DNA from: Candidatus Nanoarchaeia archaeon
GTDB lineage: Archaea; Nanobdellota; Nanobdellia; Pacearchaeales; GW2011-AR1
Assembly: GCA_035282925.1 (NCBI GenBank)
Contig: DATEUW010000026.1
Span: 1-41,983 of the forward strand
Length of the DNA stretch: 41,983 nucleotides
Reading direction: 5' to 3'
Each line of letters begins with the position of its first letter. Positions within the stretch are counted from its first letter, which is position 1. Under the pieces are notes generated by a model that saw nothing but the letters and a program-made list of their open reading frames with translations, ran no database searches and was not told the origin of the DNA. The translations under genes and the position numbers were made by a program. This document shows, one piece after another, positions 24,630-33,510 of this stretch.

Positions 24630-24767
24630 AAATAAAAAAATAAATATAAAATATTTTAATAAAAAATAAATGTTAAATGTAAATCATGCTGATAAATAAA
24701 TTAAATGACTGGTTTAAAATTGGTTAACAATAAAACCTATATACTCCAAAATATATAATACAAAAAC

Positions 24768-25169
24768 ATGGTGAGAAAAAGGCTCGGGAAAATCAAGGGT
24801 TTCAGCATCCAGTTTCTTCCTTACTCCGAGATAAGGGGATTGGATAGCACCCATAGAATAAAAAAAATACTGAATATAATTTTAGGGAACAACATCCTCA
24901 TTCTTCAGGGAAGGCTTGAGCCCGAGGAGGAAACCAGATTAATAGGAGATACAATGGCAATGATAGGGCATGTGAGAAATTTCAAGGGCGTTGAGTTGGC
25001 TGTAATTTCCGGAAACAATAAGGAAGGATTTTTTGGAACGTTCAGAAAAAATCTCGTGAGCGCAATTGCGGGAGGAGACATCGGCGCTGTGACAATAATC
25101 GGGCCGGCAACAATAGTCAAGGAAATAAAAAGAAATCCCAGGAAAATTGAATTATTGCTTAAAGGTTGA
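24768..25169 (+). CDS. Conserved archaeal protein, DUF2073-like (OapB-like)
   Basis: 133 aa, soluble, positioned between the GTPase and the Zn-ribbon protein. The family call rests on remembered gene neighbourhood and size, not on a search. Confidence 0.4.
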   Translation: MVRKRLGKIKGFSIQFLPYSEIRGLDSTHRIKKILNIILGNNILILQGRLEPEEETRLIGDTMAMIGHVRNFKGVELAVISGNNKEGFFGTFRKNLVSAIAGGDIGAVTIIGPATIVKEIKRNPRKIELLLKG

Positions 25170-25308
25170 TTTTTGATAGGATGCCCTCTTAAACTTAAAT
25201 TATATTTTATAGAATGTAAGTTAAGTCCCATTATTTTATTAAAAATTCCAAGTAATATAATCAGTACAATCCCACAAACTTTATAATTCTTGCATTCATT
25301 TATTAATA

Positions 25309-25719
25309 ATGCCCCATCACTGTGTTAGATGCTCCAGAATGATTCCTTCAGGAAGCAGGGAAATTCTCGAAGGATGCAAAGAATGCGGAAGCCATTTTTT
25401 CTTTTATATAAGGGAGGACCAGCTGGAAAAAATCCAAAGCCAGATAATAGAGATTCCTGAGAAGGAAAAGGAGAGGGTTGAGGAAGACATAAGGGAGATG
25501 GTCGGGATAACGGACGAGCAGGCTCCTGTCATTCTCGATGTGGAATCCATAAGGGTTACAGGAGAAGGGAAATTCGAGCTGGACATAGCCAAGATATTCA
25601 GGAAAGACAGGCCTTTGATATACAAACTGGAAGAGGGAAAATATATAATAGACCTGGCATCAACGCTAAAGGGAAGCGTGAAGGATCTTATCAAAAAAGC
25701 AGACGAAGGGAAGAACTAA
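25309..25719 (+). CDS. Zn-ribbon protein (DUF2072/OapC-like)
   Basis: The N-terminal CVRC-x16-CKEC four-Cys ribbon (MPHHCVRCSRMIPSGSREILEGCKECGSHFFFY) is followed by an acidic helical region. Confidence 0.5.
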   Translation: MPHHCVRCSRMIPSGSREILEGCKECGSHFFFYIREDQLEKIQSQIIEIPEKEKERVEEDIREMVGITDEQAPVILDVESIRVTGEGKFELDIAKIFRKDRPLIYKLEEGKYIIDLASTLKGSVKDLIKKADEGKN

Positions 25720-25781
25720 TTCAGATTAATCTTCTATATTGAATATTGAACCAATAAGTTCGATTATTGATATAATGTTAG

Positions 25782-25797
25782 ATTAATAAACTATTTT
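25782..25797 (+). promoter_or_regulatory. Conserved promoter motif ATTAATAAACTATTTT, copy 4; ends 16 nt before the ATG at 25813
   Basis: Exact 16-mer match to the copies at 4307 and 6654, here in front of the CCA-adding enzyme gene. Confidence 0.6.
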
Positions 25798-25812
25798 CAC
25801 TTATTTTTGAAC

Positions 25813-27099
25813 ATGATAAAAAACTTCGATTCTGTCCTGAAAGAAATTCTCATGGAGATAAAGCCGTCTGGGGAAGAGCTCAGGGATATAGGAAAAACCC
25901 TTGCAAACCATATTAAGAAGATTAAGAAAAACCTGCAAGAAATAAAGATAAACGCAGAGGTTTTTGTCGGCGGTAGCGCAGCCAAAGGAACGCTGATAAA
26001 AAAAGAACCCTATGATATAGACATTTTCATAAGGTTTGACAAAAAATACAAAAACGAGGTTCTTTCTGACTTAACAGAGAAGATTATTGCTGGGATGAGG
26101 AGCACTAGAATCCATGGTTCCAGGGATTATTTTAAAATAAAAGCCGGAGAAGGCCTTTTTTTAGAGGTAGTCCCTGTAAAGAGGATTAAAAATCCCAGGG
26201 AAGCAGAGAATGTCACAGACCTTTCTTACTCCCATGTGAATTATATCAAAAAGAGGCTAAAAAGCCAAAAACTTCTTGATGAGATAAGGCTGGCGAAAGC
26301 CTTCTGCTATGCCAACAATTCCTATGGCGCAGAATCTTATGTCCAGGGATTTTCAGGTTATGGCCTGGAATTGCTGGTGTATCATTATGGAAGTTTCTTA
26401 AAATTCATTAAGGAAGTTGCTAAAATGAAGCTTGACAGCAACAATAAAATCGTCATCGATATTGAAAAACATCACAAAAATAAAAGCAGAATCTTAATGG
26501 ACCTGAATGAAGCAAAATTAAAGTCTCCTATTATTCTCATTGATCCGACATACAAGCAGAGGAACGTCCTGGCTGCGCTTTCTGAGGAAACTTTCAGAAA
26601 TTTCCAGGATGTGTGCAGGAATTTTCTGAAAAAACCCACAAAAGGATTTTTTATTCCTAAGGCGATGGATGCCGAGAAAATAAAACTGGATGCTGAAAAA
26701 AAGGACCTGGAATTTATCCTTCTAAAAATAACAACCAACAAGCAGGAGGGAGATGTTGCCGGGAGCAAGCTGTTAAAATTCTACAGGCATATAAAGAATG
26801 AAATAGAAAGGTTTTATAATATCAAGAAAGGTGGTTTTGAGTACAAAGGCGGGAAAAGCGCGAGATGTTTCTTTGTTGTTAAAAGAAAATTGTGGATTCT
26901 GATTGCAGGGCCGATGATAAATGATAAAAAGAACGTTAATAGGTTTAAATCAGCGCATAAATCCGTCTTTATTAAAAATGGAAAGCTTTATTCAAAAGAA
27001 AAAAACAATCTGCCGATAAAGGCTTTTATTGAATCCTTTAAAAAGAAAAACAAAAAAAGAATTGTAGACATGAGTATTATTGATTTGGAATTTATTTAA
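25813..27099 (+). CDS. cca: Archaeal class I CCA-adding enzyme (tRNA nucleotidyltransferase)
   Basis: Track start 25807 is TTG; the ATG is at 25813. VFVGGSAAKGTLIKKEPYDIDIFIRF is the class I nucleotidyltransferase G[SG]...DxD signature. The length of about 428 aa is typical. The tRNA in this window lacks an encoded CCA. Confidence 0.8.
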   Translation: MIKNFDSVLKEILMEIKPSGEELRDIGKTLANHIKKIKKNLQEIKINAEVFVGGSAAKGTLIKKEPYDIDIFIRFDKKYKNEVLSDLTEKIIAGMRSTRIHGSRDYFKIKAGEGLFLEVVPVKRIKNPREAENVTDLSYSHVNYIKKRLKSQKLLDEIRLAKAFCYANNSYGAESYVQGFSGYGLELLVYHYGSFLKFIKEVAKMKLDSNNKIVIDIEKHHKNKSRILMDLNEAKLKSPIILIDPTYKQRNVLAALSEETFRNFQDVCRNFLKKPTKGFFIPKAMDAEKIKLDAEKKDLEFILLKITTNKQEGDVAGSKLLKFYRHIKNEIERFYNIKKGGFEYKGGKSARCFFVVKRKLWILIAGPMINDKKNVNRFKSAHKSVFIKNGKLYSKEKNNLPIKAFIESFKKKNKKRIVDMSIIDLEFI

Positions 27100-27527
27100 T
27101 CTTCCTGACGGAATATAACTGGGCCATAATTATGATTTCCAAAGGATAATCTGTCTCCGCTTTTGAGTGCCCTTTGTTCTCCTATACTTAAAAATTCACC
27201 ATTTACCTTTGTAGTTTTATGAGTTGAGCAATCTTCTAGGTAATAAGTGCCTGTTTTAGAATTATAAATTATTCTAGCTTGTCTCCTTGATATTCCATAA
27301 ATCACACGCGGTAGAGTATTTAGTTCTCCGTTTTCATCTTCACCTAAAAAAATGTCTGCCCGAGTACTTTGGGAAGAGCCTCTGTCTCTTCTTCCGATGA
27401 CTATCTCAGATTTTCCAGACAATAATCCCCATAAATTCCCAGAAAATAATTTTGTTAGGTTATGGGTCCTTTTTTCTATGCTGATGTTTCCCAGTTCATC
27501 GATTTCTACCAGTTTTGCGAGTTTCAT
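27096..27527 (-). CDS. FHA (forkhead-associated, phosphothreonine-binding) domain protein
   Basis: VIGRRDRGSS...ISRRQARIIYNSKTGTYYLEDCSTHKTTKVNGEFL...LKSGDRLSFG has the G-R...S-R-x-x-A...N-G FHA pattern. It overlaps the convergent cca stop by 4 nt. Confidence 0.75.
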   Translation of the reverse strand: MKLAKLVEIDELGNISIEKRTHNLTKLFSGNLWGLLSGKSEIVIGRRDRGSSQSTRADIFLGEDENGELNTLPRVIYGISRRQARIIYNSKTGTYYLEDCSTHKTTKVNGEFLSIGEQRALKSGDRLSFGNHNYGPVIFRQED

Positions 27528-27530
27528 TTT

Positions 27531-28163
27531 TTATTTTACTTTATTTTCTATAGTTTGGTTAATAGAAGGTTGATTATGCCTTTCTTGAATTTTATCTTTT
27601 GTTAATCCATAAATTCCTGCCATTGCAAGAATGGAGCCTGCTGCTAAAAGTCCTGCCAAACACTTCTTTACATAAGATTTTTGTCTTTTTACAATATTGG
27701 GATAAGATTTTCTATTAGATTCTTTTAATCCGGTTAAATCTCTTGCAACATCTATAGAATAACCCATAACTGGTCCGGTGGCTAAACCCAATGCTACTGC
27801 AAAAAAAGACCCTATTGATGCTTGTTTTAAATCGGCTCCCATAGACAAATAAATGGGAGGTATGGCTACTAAATTAAAAGCAAGAGTATAAGCAGAGTCA
27901 TGGAGTGTTTGAATTCTTTCTCTTGTTTGGTCATTTATCCCAAATATTTTTCTAGATAAATCTCTCCCCTTACTATAAACCCATCCCAATCCCCCATAAG
28001 AAAGAGCAGCGACAGTTAATCTGGAATCTATAGAGACCTTATCGGACATTCCAGAAATACCAACTTCCATTGCTGAAAAAATAGGGTTTGTAGGAACTAG
28101 AATAGCTGTTGTATCAACTAAATGATATTTTAAAATATCATTTAATTTAGAAGTTAGTCCCAT
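27531..28163 (-). CDS. AlaE-like (L-alanine exporter family) small membrane protein with an extra C-terminal TM helix
   Basis: The track ORF (to 28295) overlaps the TrmB gene; the ATG at 28163 directly follows the TrmB stop. The pattern VDTTAI...EVGISGMS...SIDSRL...GRDL...PPIYLSMGADLKQ...GPVMGYSIDVARDL parallels E. coli AlaE as I recall it (ADTFAM...EVFLSGMS...SRL...YRDL...GADWHQ...GYFLDYCRRL). Confidence 0.5.
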   Translation of the reverse strand: MGLTSKLNDILKYHLVDTTAILVPTNPIFSAMEVGISGMSDKVSIDSRLTVAALSYGGLGWVYSKGRDLSRKIFGINDQTRERIQTLHDSAYTLAFNLVAIPPIYLSMGADLKQASIGSFFAVALGLATGPVMGYSIDVARDLTGLKESNRKSYPNIVKRQKSYVKKCLAGLLAAGSILAMAGIYGLTKDKIQERHNQPSINQTIENKVK

Positions 28164-28164
28164 T

Positions 28165-28944
28165 CTAATTTCCGCCAATAGCTCTCTCGAAGAGCGTTGC
28201 AAAAGCCTGGGCAAAAAACTCTGAGTTGAGCCAGATTGCGGTGTCATCGGGGTCGCTGTTTTTTGACAGGTAAAAGAGTATTTCCTTCTTGTCAATTATG
28301 AAGAATTTGGCATCCACATCCACTTTCTTTATTCTTGTTCCGAGGGATTTTTCAATATTCTTTATCAGCTTTTCATCTCCGGACAAGGCTATCTTAATCT
28401 TGATGTTGTTTTTCCCGAGTTCCGCCAGGGTTTGCTGGAAAAGTTTGAGCTTAAAGTTTATCTCCTCGGCATTCGTGCAGATTATCACTTCCTTGGAAGA
28501 GTTCTGCAGAATCTCCCTCAGATAATTGGATATGTTTGATCTTCCTTTTATGGCTGCGGATAAATCCTCGCGTTTTACAGGGCTTATTCCTTGTTTGTAA
28601 ATTTCCTCGAGTTTGATGAATTCCTCAGTACTCTTTATATTGCCGAGTGTTTGGATTCTTTCTTCGGCATCTGACCTGACATTATTCTTAAGTTTTTCAA
28701 GAATCATGTGCGGCTTTACTCCTAGGTACTTCACCGGCTTTCCCAGCTTTATGATTGCAAATCCTTTCTTTTCAAGGCTTTCAAGGACATCATAGGTTCT
28801 TGACCTTGGAACTCTGGAAATTTGCGCAATCTCTCCTGCAGAGGCAACGCCTTTTCCGAGCAAAGCCAGCCAGACCTTTGTCTCGTAGATGTTAAGGTCA
28901 AAGTAATCCTTAATTCTTGTTATTAATTCCTGTTTTACGAGCAT
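28165..28944 (-). CDS. TrmB-family transcriptional regulator
   Basis: The winged-helix N-terminus LNIYETKVWLALLGKGVASAGEIAQISRVPRSRTYDVLESLEKKGFA matches TrmB. Start 28944 (MLVKQEL) is chosen because it abuts the upstream gene's stop; track start 28971 would overlap that gene. Confidence 0.8.
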   Translation of the reverse strand: MLVKQELITRIKDYFDLNIYETKVWLALLGKGVASAGEIAQISRVPRSRTYDVLESLEKKGFAIIKLGKPVKYLGVKPHMILEKLKNNVRSDAEERIQTLGNIKSTEEFIKLEEIYKQGISPVKREDLSAAIKGRSNISNYLREILQNSSKEVIICTNAEEINFKLKLFQQTLAELGKNNIKIKIALSGDEKLIKNIEKSLGTRIKKVDVDAKFFIIDKKEILFYLSKNSDPDDTAIWLNSEFFAQAFATLFERAIGGN

Positions 28945-28945
28945 T

Positions 28946-29275
28946 TTATTGTATCTCCTGACTTGCGCCATAAAGAATTAATTTAGATAATTTTTCTTTT
29001 TGTATATCTATCCTTGCTTTAAAATATTCCCTTATTGAATCTGCAAATTTGTAGCGCTGTGAACATGGATTAGTATTGAGAAGTTCATATTCTATATTAG
29101 TAAAAAGTCGTCTGTGCACTCTCGCCTTTTGGAGGTTTTCAAAGTAAAAATCTATAATTCCCTGGAATCTTCCAAGTCTTTTATCCAACTCTAAAAATTG
29201 ATGTGCTGCGGCTTTTAGTCTAAGCACTTCTGCTGGTTTAAGAGGTTTTTCTTCGTATAAATCTGCCATTGTCAT
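28946..29275 (-). CDS. Hypothetical helical protein (109 aa), first gene of the TrmB/AlaE-like/FHA operon
   Basis: ATG-initiated ORF lying 1 nt upstream of the TrmB gene. No family recognised. Confidence 0.4.
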   Translation of the reverse strand: MTMADLYEEKPLKPAEVLRLKAAAHQFLELDKRLGRFQGIIDFYFENLQKARVHRRLFTNIEYELLNTNPCSQRYKFADSIREYFKARIDIQKEKLSKLILYGASQEIQ

Positions 29276-29382
29276 GATAAAAACCCAAGAAACCCGTGAT
29301 TTATAAACCTTCCTGTATTGTTACTTTCAGAGAGTGGGAACAGAATGGAAATATTTATAAAGTTCAATTTTGTGGAGACTTT

Positions 29383-29745
29383 ATGGGATCAGAAACTTTA
29401 AGAGAGAAGAGAAAGCAGCCAGAATTAATGGGAATAAGTTTTAGTTTTAATGCTAAAGAAGAGCTATACAGATGTTTAGATGATCTCAGATTTAGATTTC
29501 CAAAACCGAGAGAAAAAATAATTAAGAGAGGTCTTGAAGATGAAGGGATAAAATTAGCCCAACCAGAACTTGAGTTTGCATTAAGGGAAATAGATAAAGC
29601 TAGAAAAAAATATCTTCTAATGTTGGAAAATGCACAGGTACGTGGTGAAATAGACAGGGAAGATTATTTTAGAATAGAAAGAGATGCTACTCATTCTTTT
29701 GAAAGATTCGCAAGAGATATTCGGGAAAGATATAGTGAACTTTAA
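29383..29745 (+). CDS. Hypothetical charged helical protein (120 aa)
   Basis: The track ORF starts at a non-ATG codon (29296). ATG 29383 is preceded by ATATTTATAAAG at about -25 to -32. Its 3' end overlaps the convergent presenilin-like gene by 4 nt. Confidence 0.4.
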   Translation: MGSETLREKRKQPELMGISFSFNAKEELYRCLDDLRFRFPKPREKIIKRGLEDEGIKLAQPELEFALREIDKARKKYLLMLENAQVRGEIDREDYFRIERDATHSFERFARDIRERYSEL

Positions 29746-30635
29746 AACACAAGATAACTGGCCAGAATCCCTGCGAAAATCCCTGCCGTAATGAAAGGCA
29801 TTGCAGGATAAAACTTCCTTTTTTCCGCTGCAACGAACAGGTATGCAAGGCCAAGGGTTGCTCCTGCTATAACGAAGAAGGCCGGCACGAGGCCAAGGGT
29901 TTTAAGCATAACTCCTGCTGTTATTATAGGGAAAACTATGTCTCCTCCGCCGAGAATCGCGACATTGACCTTTATTTTTTTCTTTTTCAGCTGGGACTCG
30001 GAAAGCGTGTTTTTCCATTTGCTTATTTGCTGCTTTACTTTTTTTGAGAAGTACGGGACAAAAAACCCTGAAAATACCTTGAGTGTGTGTATCTGGTATT
30101 TTGCCATTTTCTGCATGATTCCTGAATGCCAGACAGCCCAGATGTCATACACAGATATCAGAATCAGGAGGGCGATTATTGTCCATATGTTTAACAATGG
30201 GACAAAAACAGCTGCAATTCCGGGATATATCAAGAGCTCTGTGAAATTATGAACAAGAAAGCTTTTTCCTGACATTTTTATTATTGCAAGCGGGATTGCT
30301 ATTGCAAGAGCTATAAGCGCTGTCTCCACAGGAAGAATTGCGATGAAAGATATGGAGAGTGCCAGAACAATAACTATGAAAAACCAGACCTTTAAGATGA
30401 ATTTCCATTTGAACTTTGTTAGGAGAAAGAGAAGAAGTACCGCGATTACGAACGCAAAGATTATCCCGGAAAAGAAACTTGTGTAATCGGAAGTTGTTTT
30501 TGGTTTGGGGGGGTCAAGGCCAAACGGAAGAATTTTGTCTTCAGGAGAATAATAATTCACTACATAGATTCCTATCAGCTGGGTTACTATGAACATCGCC
30601 AGGAGAAGAGCTGTAATCTTTAGATTGTGCTTCAT
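29742..30635 (-). CDS. Presenilin/signal-peptide-peptidase homologue (GxGD intramembrane aspartyl protease, A22 family)
   Basis: Polytopic membrane protein with YD (LISVYDIWAVW), GxGD (AILGGGDIVFP) and a PAL-like motif (FYPAMPF) in the canonical order and in TM segments. Confidence 0.8.
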   Translation of the reverse strand: MKHNLKITALLLAMFIVTQLIGIYVVNYYSPEDKILPFGLDPPKPKTTSDYTSFFSGIIFAFVIAVLLLFLLTKFKWKFILKVWFFIVIVLALSISFIAILPVETALIALAIAIPLAIIKMSGKSFLVHNFTELLIYPGIAAVFVPLLNIWTIIALLILISVYDIWAVWHSGIMQKMAKYQIHTLKVFSGFFVPYFSKKVKQQISKWKNTLSESQLKKKKIKVNVAILGGGDIVFPIITAGVMLKTLGLVPAFFVIAGATLGLAYLFVAAEKRKFYPAMPFITAGIFAGILASYLVF

Positions 30636-30760
30636 TATACTTAATGTGAAAAATAGCTTTTAAAGTTTTAGTGATGAAAATTTTCTATGACGATATGTCT
30701 TAATATAAATTAGTAAATTAATTATCAGGACTTATTTATTAAAAGTTATCCTGTCTTATT

Positions 30761-32647
30761 TTACCTCAGCCTCAACGTTTCCAAAACTCTGGGAACATTT
30801 GTCTCTACGTGATTTAATTTGTAGAGTGCAGAAGCCAGGTCCAGGCATTTGGAAACTTCTCCGTGATTTATCATTATTCTTTTCGGTTTTGGCCTCATGT
30901 TATTGAAAAAGCTGATTATCTCGTTTCTTCCTGCATGCGCAGACAAGCCGGCTATTGTATTGACTTCCATATTTATCTTGACGTCTTCCTCATGGCCTTC
31001 GACCATCATCTTCGTCTCTCTAAGGCCTTCCTGCACCTGCCTTCCAAGGCTTCCCACGCCCTGGTAACATACAAAGACTATTGAGTTGTTTGGATTTCCT
31101 GCAAATTCCCTGAGATATTCCACAGAAGCTCCTCCGACCAGCATTCCGGAAGTTGCGAGAACAACGCACGGGCCTCCTTCAATGACCTTTCTTCTTTCCT
31201 GATGGCTTCCGACACGGGAAAATATTTCTGAAGCAAAGGGATTTTTATCCTGGAAGATTAAGGCTCTTACATTATTGCTCAGAAAATCAGGATAAGCTGT
31301 ATGAATCGCATTTATATCCCATATCATCCCGTCTATGTAGACAGGGATGCTTTTCATCTTGCCCTCTTTTATAGCATCCTCGATTATGAGCATTGTTTCC
31401 TGCGCTCTCCCAAGGCCAAGCTCGGGAATCAGAACCTTGCCACCGCGGTTGATTGTTTTGTTGATTATTTCCAACATCTTTTCCTCAGACTCTATCCTCG
31501 GAGGAAGGATGTCTGTCCTGGCACCATAGGTTGCCTCTGTAAGCACAGATTCTATTCTCGGGAAAGTTGTTACAGCTGGATCGAGGAGCCTTGTTCTTGC
31601 ATATTTGTAATCTGCGCTGTACAGGAAATTATGCAATCCGTTTCCTATGTTGAAGTGCACCATCGCGCTTCCGAGTGCATGGCCGGAATTGTAAAAGGTG
31701 ATTCTTATGTCAGGGGCTATGTCGGTAACCTCGTTAAAATTCAGGACAACAGTATGCTTTACCATTTCCTTTATGTCTTTGGAGCTGTATAATGGAGCTG
31801 AAGCCTGTTTGTAGGCAACGCCAATGAAATCCAGGCAGAGAAGCGCAGCCAGGTCCATCGTCGGGTGGGTCATGTAAACTGGCCCCTTGTATCCCATCTT
31901 ATAAAGATAAGGAAGCAGGCCAACATGGTCCAGGTGAGCGTGGCTGAGAATAACAGCATCCAGCTGTCTTATGTCGAATTCAGGAATGTCAAAATAAGGA
32001 AACCTGTCTTTTCCGTGACCAGCGACGTTTATCCCGCAATCAAGAAGAACTTTTGAATTCGGAGTCTGCAAAAGCAGGCAGCTTCTTCCGACTTCTCTTG
32101 CGCTTCCGAGAAGAGTCAAACGAACCCATTCCTCGACTTTTTCAGGGTTCCATCCCTTGTAGATTTTTTCCCCTATAGAGTTCAGGAACTTTCTCCTGTA
32201 GTTGTTGTTTGCGTAGAGGACTTCACGGATATTCTCGGTAATCTGGCTTTTTATGGCTGGAGACCTCTGAATCTGGGGAGTCCAAAGAGTTGTCTTTTTT
32301 ATTTCATTGAGGACGCTTCCCTGCTTTCCTATCACCATTCCAGGCCTTTTTGCTTCAATCACAACGATGCTTCTGTGGGAATCAAAGATGATGTTTGTTA
32401 TCTCGGCCTCTGCGGGAACTATTTTATTTATCTCTTCTTTCACTTTTTCCTGGTCATGCAGGATTTTCTGGTCAGCTCTTAGCTCTATCCTCTTTTTTAT
32501 TTCATCAACGAGCTCCTTTATCCTTCCTTCTCCTTCCCTGAAAAAATTCTCGTTGTCTGTGTAGAGAACTATGTTTGCGCCTTCAAAATTAGCCTCTGTT
32601 ACCCTGCTCTGCAATTTCTCGGTTATATGCTTCAGAATGTCTGTCAT
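30761..32647 (-). CDS. fttA: aCPSF1/FttA: KH-domain beta-CASP metallo-beta-lactamase ribonuclease (archaeal transcription termination factor)
   Basis: N-terminal KH region (VIEAKRPGMVIGKQGSVLNEI), MBL motif ILSHAHLDHVG, and beta-CASP/C-terminal motifs (SAHAGR, NHGE). The 628-aa length is typical. Confidence 0.9.
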   Translation of the reverse strand: MTDILKHITEKLQSRVTEANFEGANIVLYTDNENFFREGEGRIKELVDEIKKRIELRADQKILHDQEKVKEEINKIVPAEAEITNIIFDSHRSIVVIEAKRPGMVIGKQGSVLNEIKKTTLWTPQIQRSPAIKSQITENIREVLYANNNYRRKFLNSIGEKIYKGWNPEKVEEWVRLTLLGSAREVGRSCLLLQTPNSKVLLDCGINVAGHGKDRFPYFDIPEFDIRQLDAVILSHAHLDHVGLLPYLYKMGYKGPVYMTHPTMDLAALLCLDFIGVAYKQASAPLYSSKDIKEMVKHTVVLNFNEVTDIAPDIRITFYNSGHALGSAMVHFNIGNGLHNFLYSADYKYARTRLLDPAVTTFPRIESVLTEATYGARTDILPPRIESEEKMLEIINKTINRGGKVLIPELGLGRAQETMLIIEDAIKEGKMKSIPVYIDGMIWDINAIHTAYPDFLSNNVRALIFQDKNPFASEIFSRVGSHQERRKVIEGGPCVVLATSGMLVGGASVEYLREFAGNPNNSIVFVCYQGVGSLGRQVQEGLRETKMMVEGHEEDVKINMEVNTIAGLSAHAGRNEIISFFNNMRPKPKRIMINHGEVSKCLDLASALYKLNHVETNVPRVLETLRLR

Positions 32648-32681
32648 TTTTATCTAAATCAGAAAAGCTTGGATGTGATGA

Positions 32682-33362
32682 TTATTTTGATTTTTCCTTA
32701 AAATCTGTTGAAAATTCCTTGCTCAGGACTTCTTCTATTTTTCCTTTTTTAACAACATAAACATTTACCCCCTCTCCAACACCCGGTTCTCTTCCTAAGG
32801 AGGCTCTGATGCATTTTACTGCCAAATCCACGCCTTCTTTAGTTGTAATTTCTTTTTTATATTCAGAATCAAGAATAGGATGTGCTTGCCTAATCCCAGA
32901 ACCGCTTGCAACATAATCTTCTATTTCTTCCAAATATCCATCGGGCATTGCATTATACAGGTGTATTCCTTCAGTATCATATCCTGCTAATAAAAAATGA
33001 GCTATTCCCGGTATCATTGATGGCTGCCTTATAATATTATATAACATAGTGGAAAGTAAATTTGCTGCCTTTCTTATAGATGCTTCACTTTTAGCCCTAA
33101 GCTCACCGAGTTTTAATTCGGCTCTTAAAATAGAGGCAAACTTTCTTGTATCAGAGGCATTTCCGGCAGTTGTTACAATAATTTTATCATTAACTTCTAT
33201 AATCTTTTTTGCCTTTCCTGCAAGATAAGAGACGCCGCCATCAGGTGTACCATAGGATTGCCTTCTATCTGCTGCTATGACAATACCATCCTTACAAACA
33301 AGCCCCAATGTGAGGGTCCCTGTCTTCAGAATTGATTTTTTTATTTCACTATCCATCTCCAT
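32682..33362 (-). CDS. psmB: Proteasome beta subunit with a short propeptide
   Basis: KTG/TLTLGLVCKDGIVIAADRR puts Thr1 after the Gly. Also present are TTAGNASD and YVASGSG, Ntn-hydrolase 20S beta signatures. Confidence 0.88.
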   Translation of the reverse strand: MEMDSEIKKSILKTGTLTLGLVCKDGIVIAADRRQSYGTPDGGVSYLAGKAKKIIEVNDKIIVTTAGNASDTRKFASILRAELKLGELRAKSEASIRKAANLLSTMLYNIIRQPSMIPGIAHFLLAGYDTEGIHLYNAMPDGYLEEIEDYVASGSGIRQAHPILDSEYKKEITTKEGVDLAVKCIRASLGREPGVGEGVNVYVVKKGKIEEVLSKEFSTDFKEKSK

Positions 33363-33510
33363 TTTATTTCTTTTTTGCTCTGTGTATCCTATAATTACCT
33401 CAGAATCAACCTATAAAATGTTATGAACTCTGTTTTATAAAGTTTTCGTTCGAAAACTTTGCCCTGGTTTTTATAGAAATTCATTTAAAGGGTTTTACTT
33501 TAAAGAAATA

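Noticed and set aside
24630-24767. The extremely AT-rich spacer (about 15% GC) as a replication-origin unwinding element.
   Set aside because: There are no flanking ORB-like repeats and no orc1/cdc6 gene in the window. Intergenic DNA in this genome is generally very AT-rich, and the spacer must also hold a terminator and a promoter. It is mentioned only as a low-probability idea under the GTPase-trio finding.
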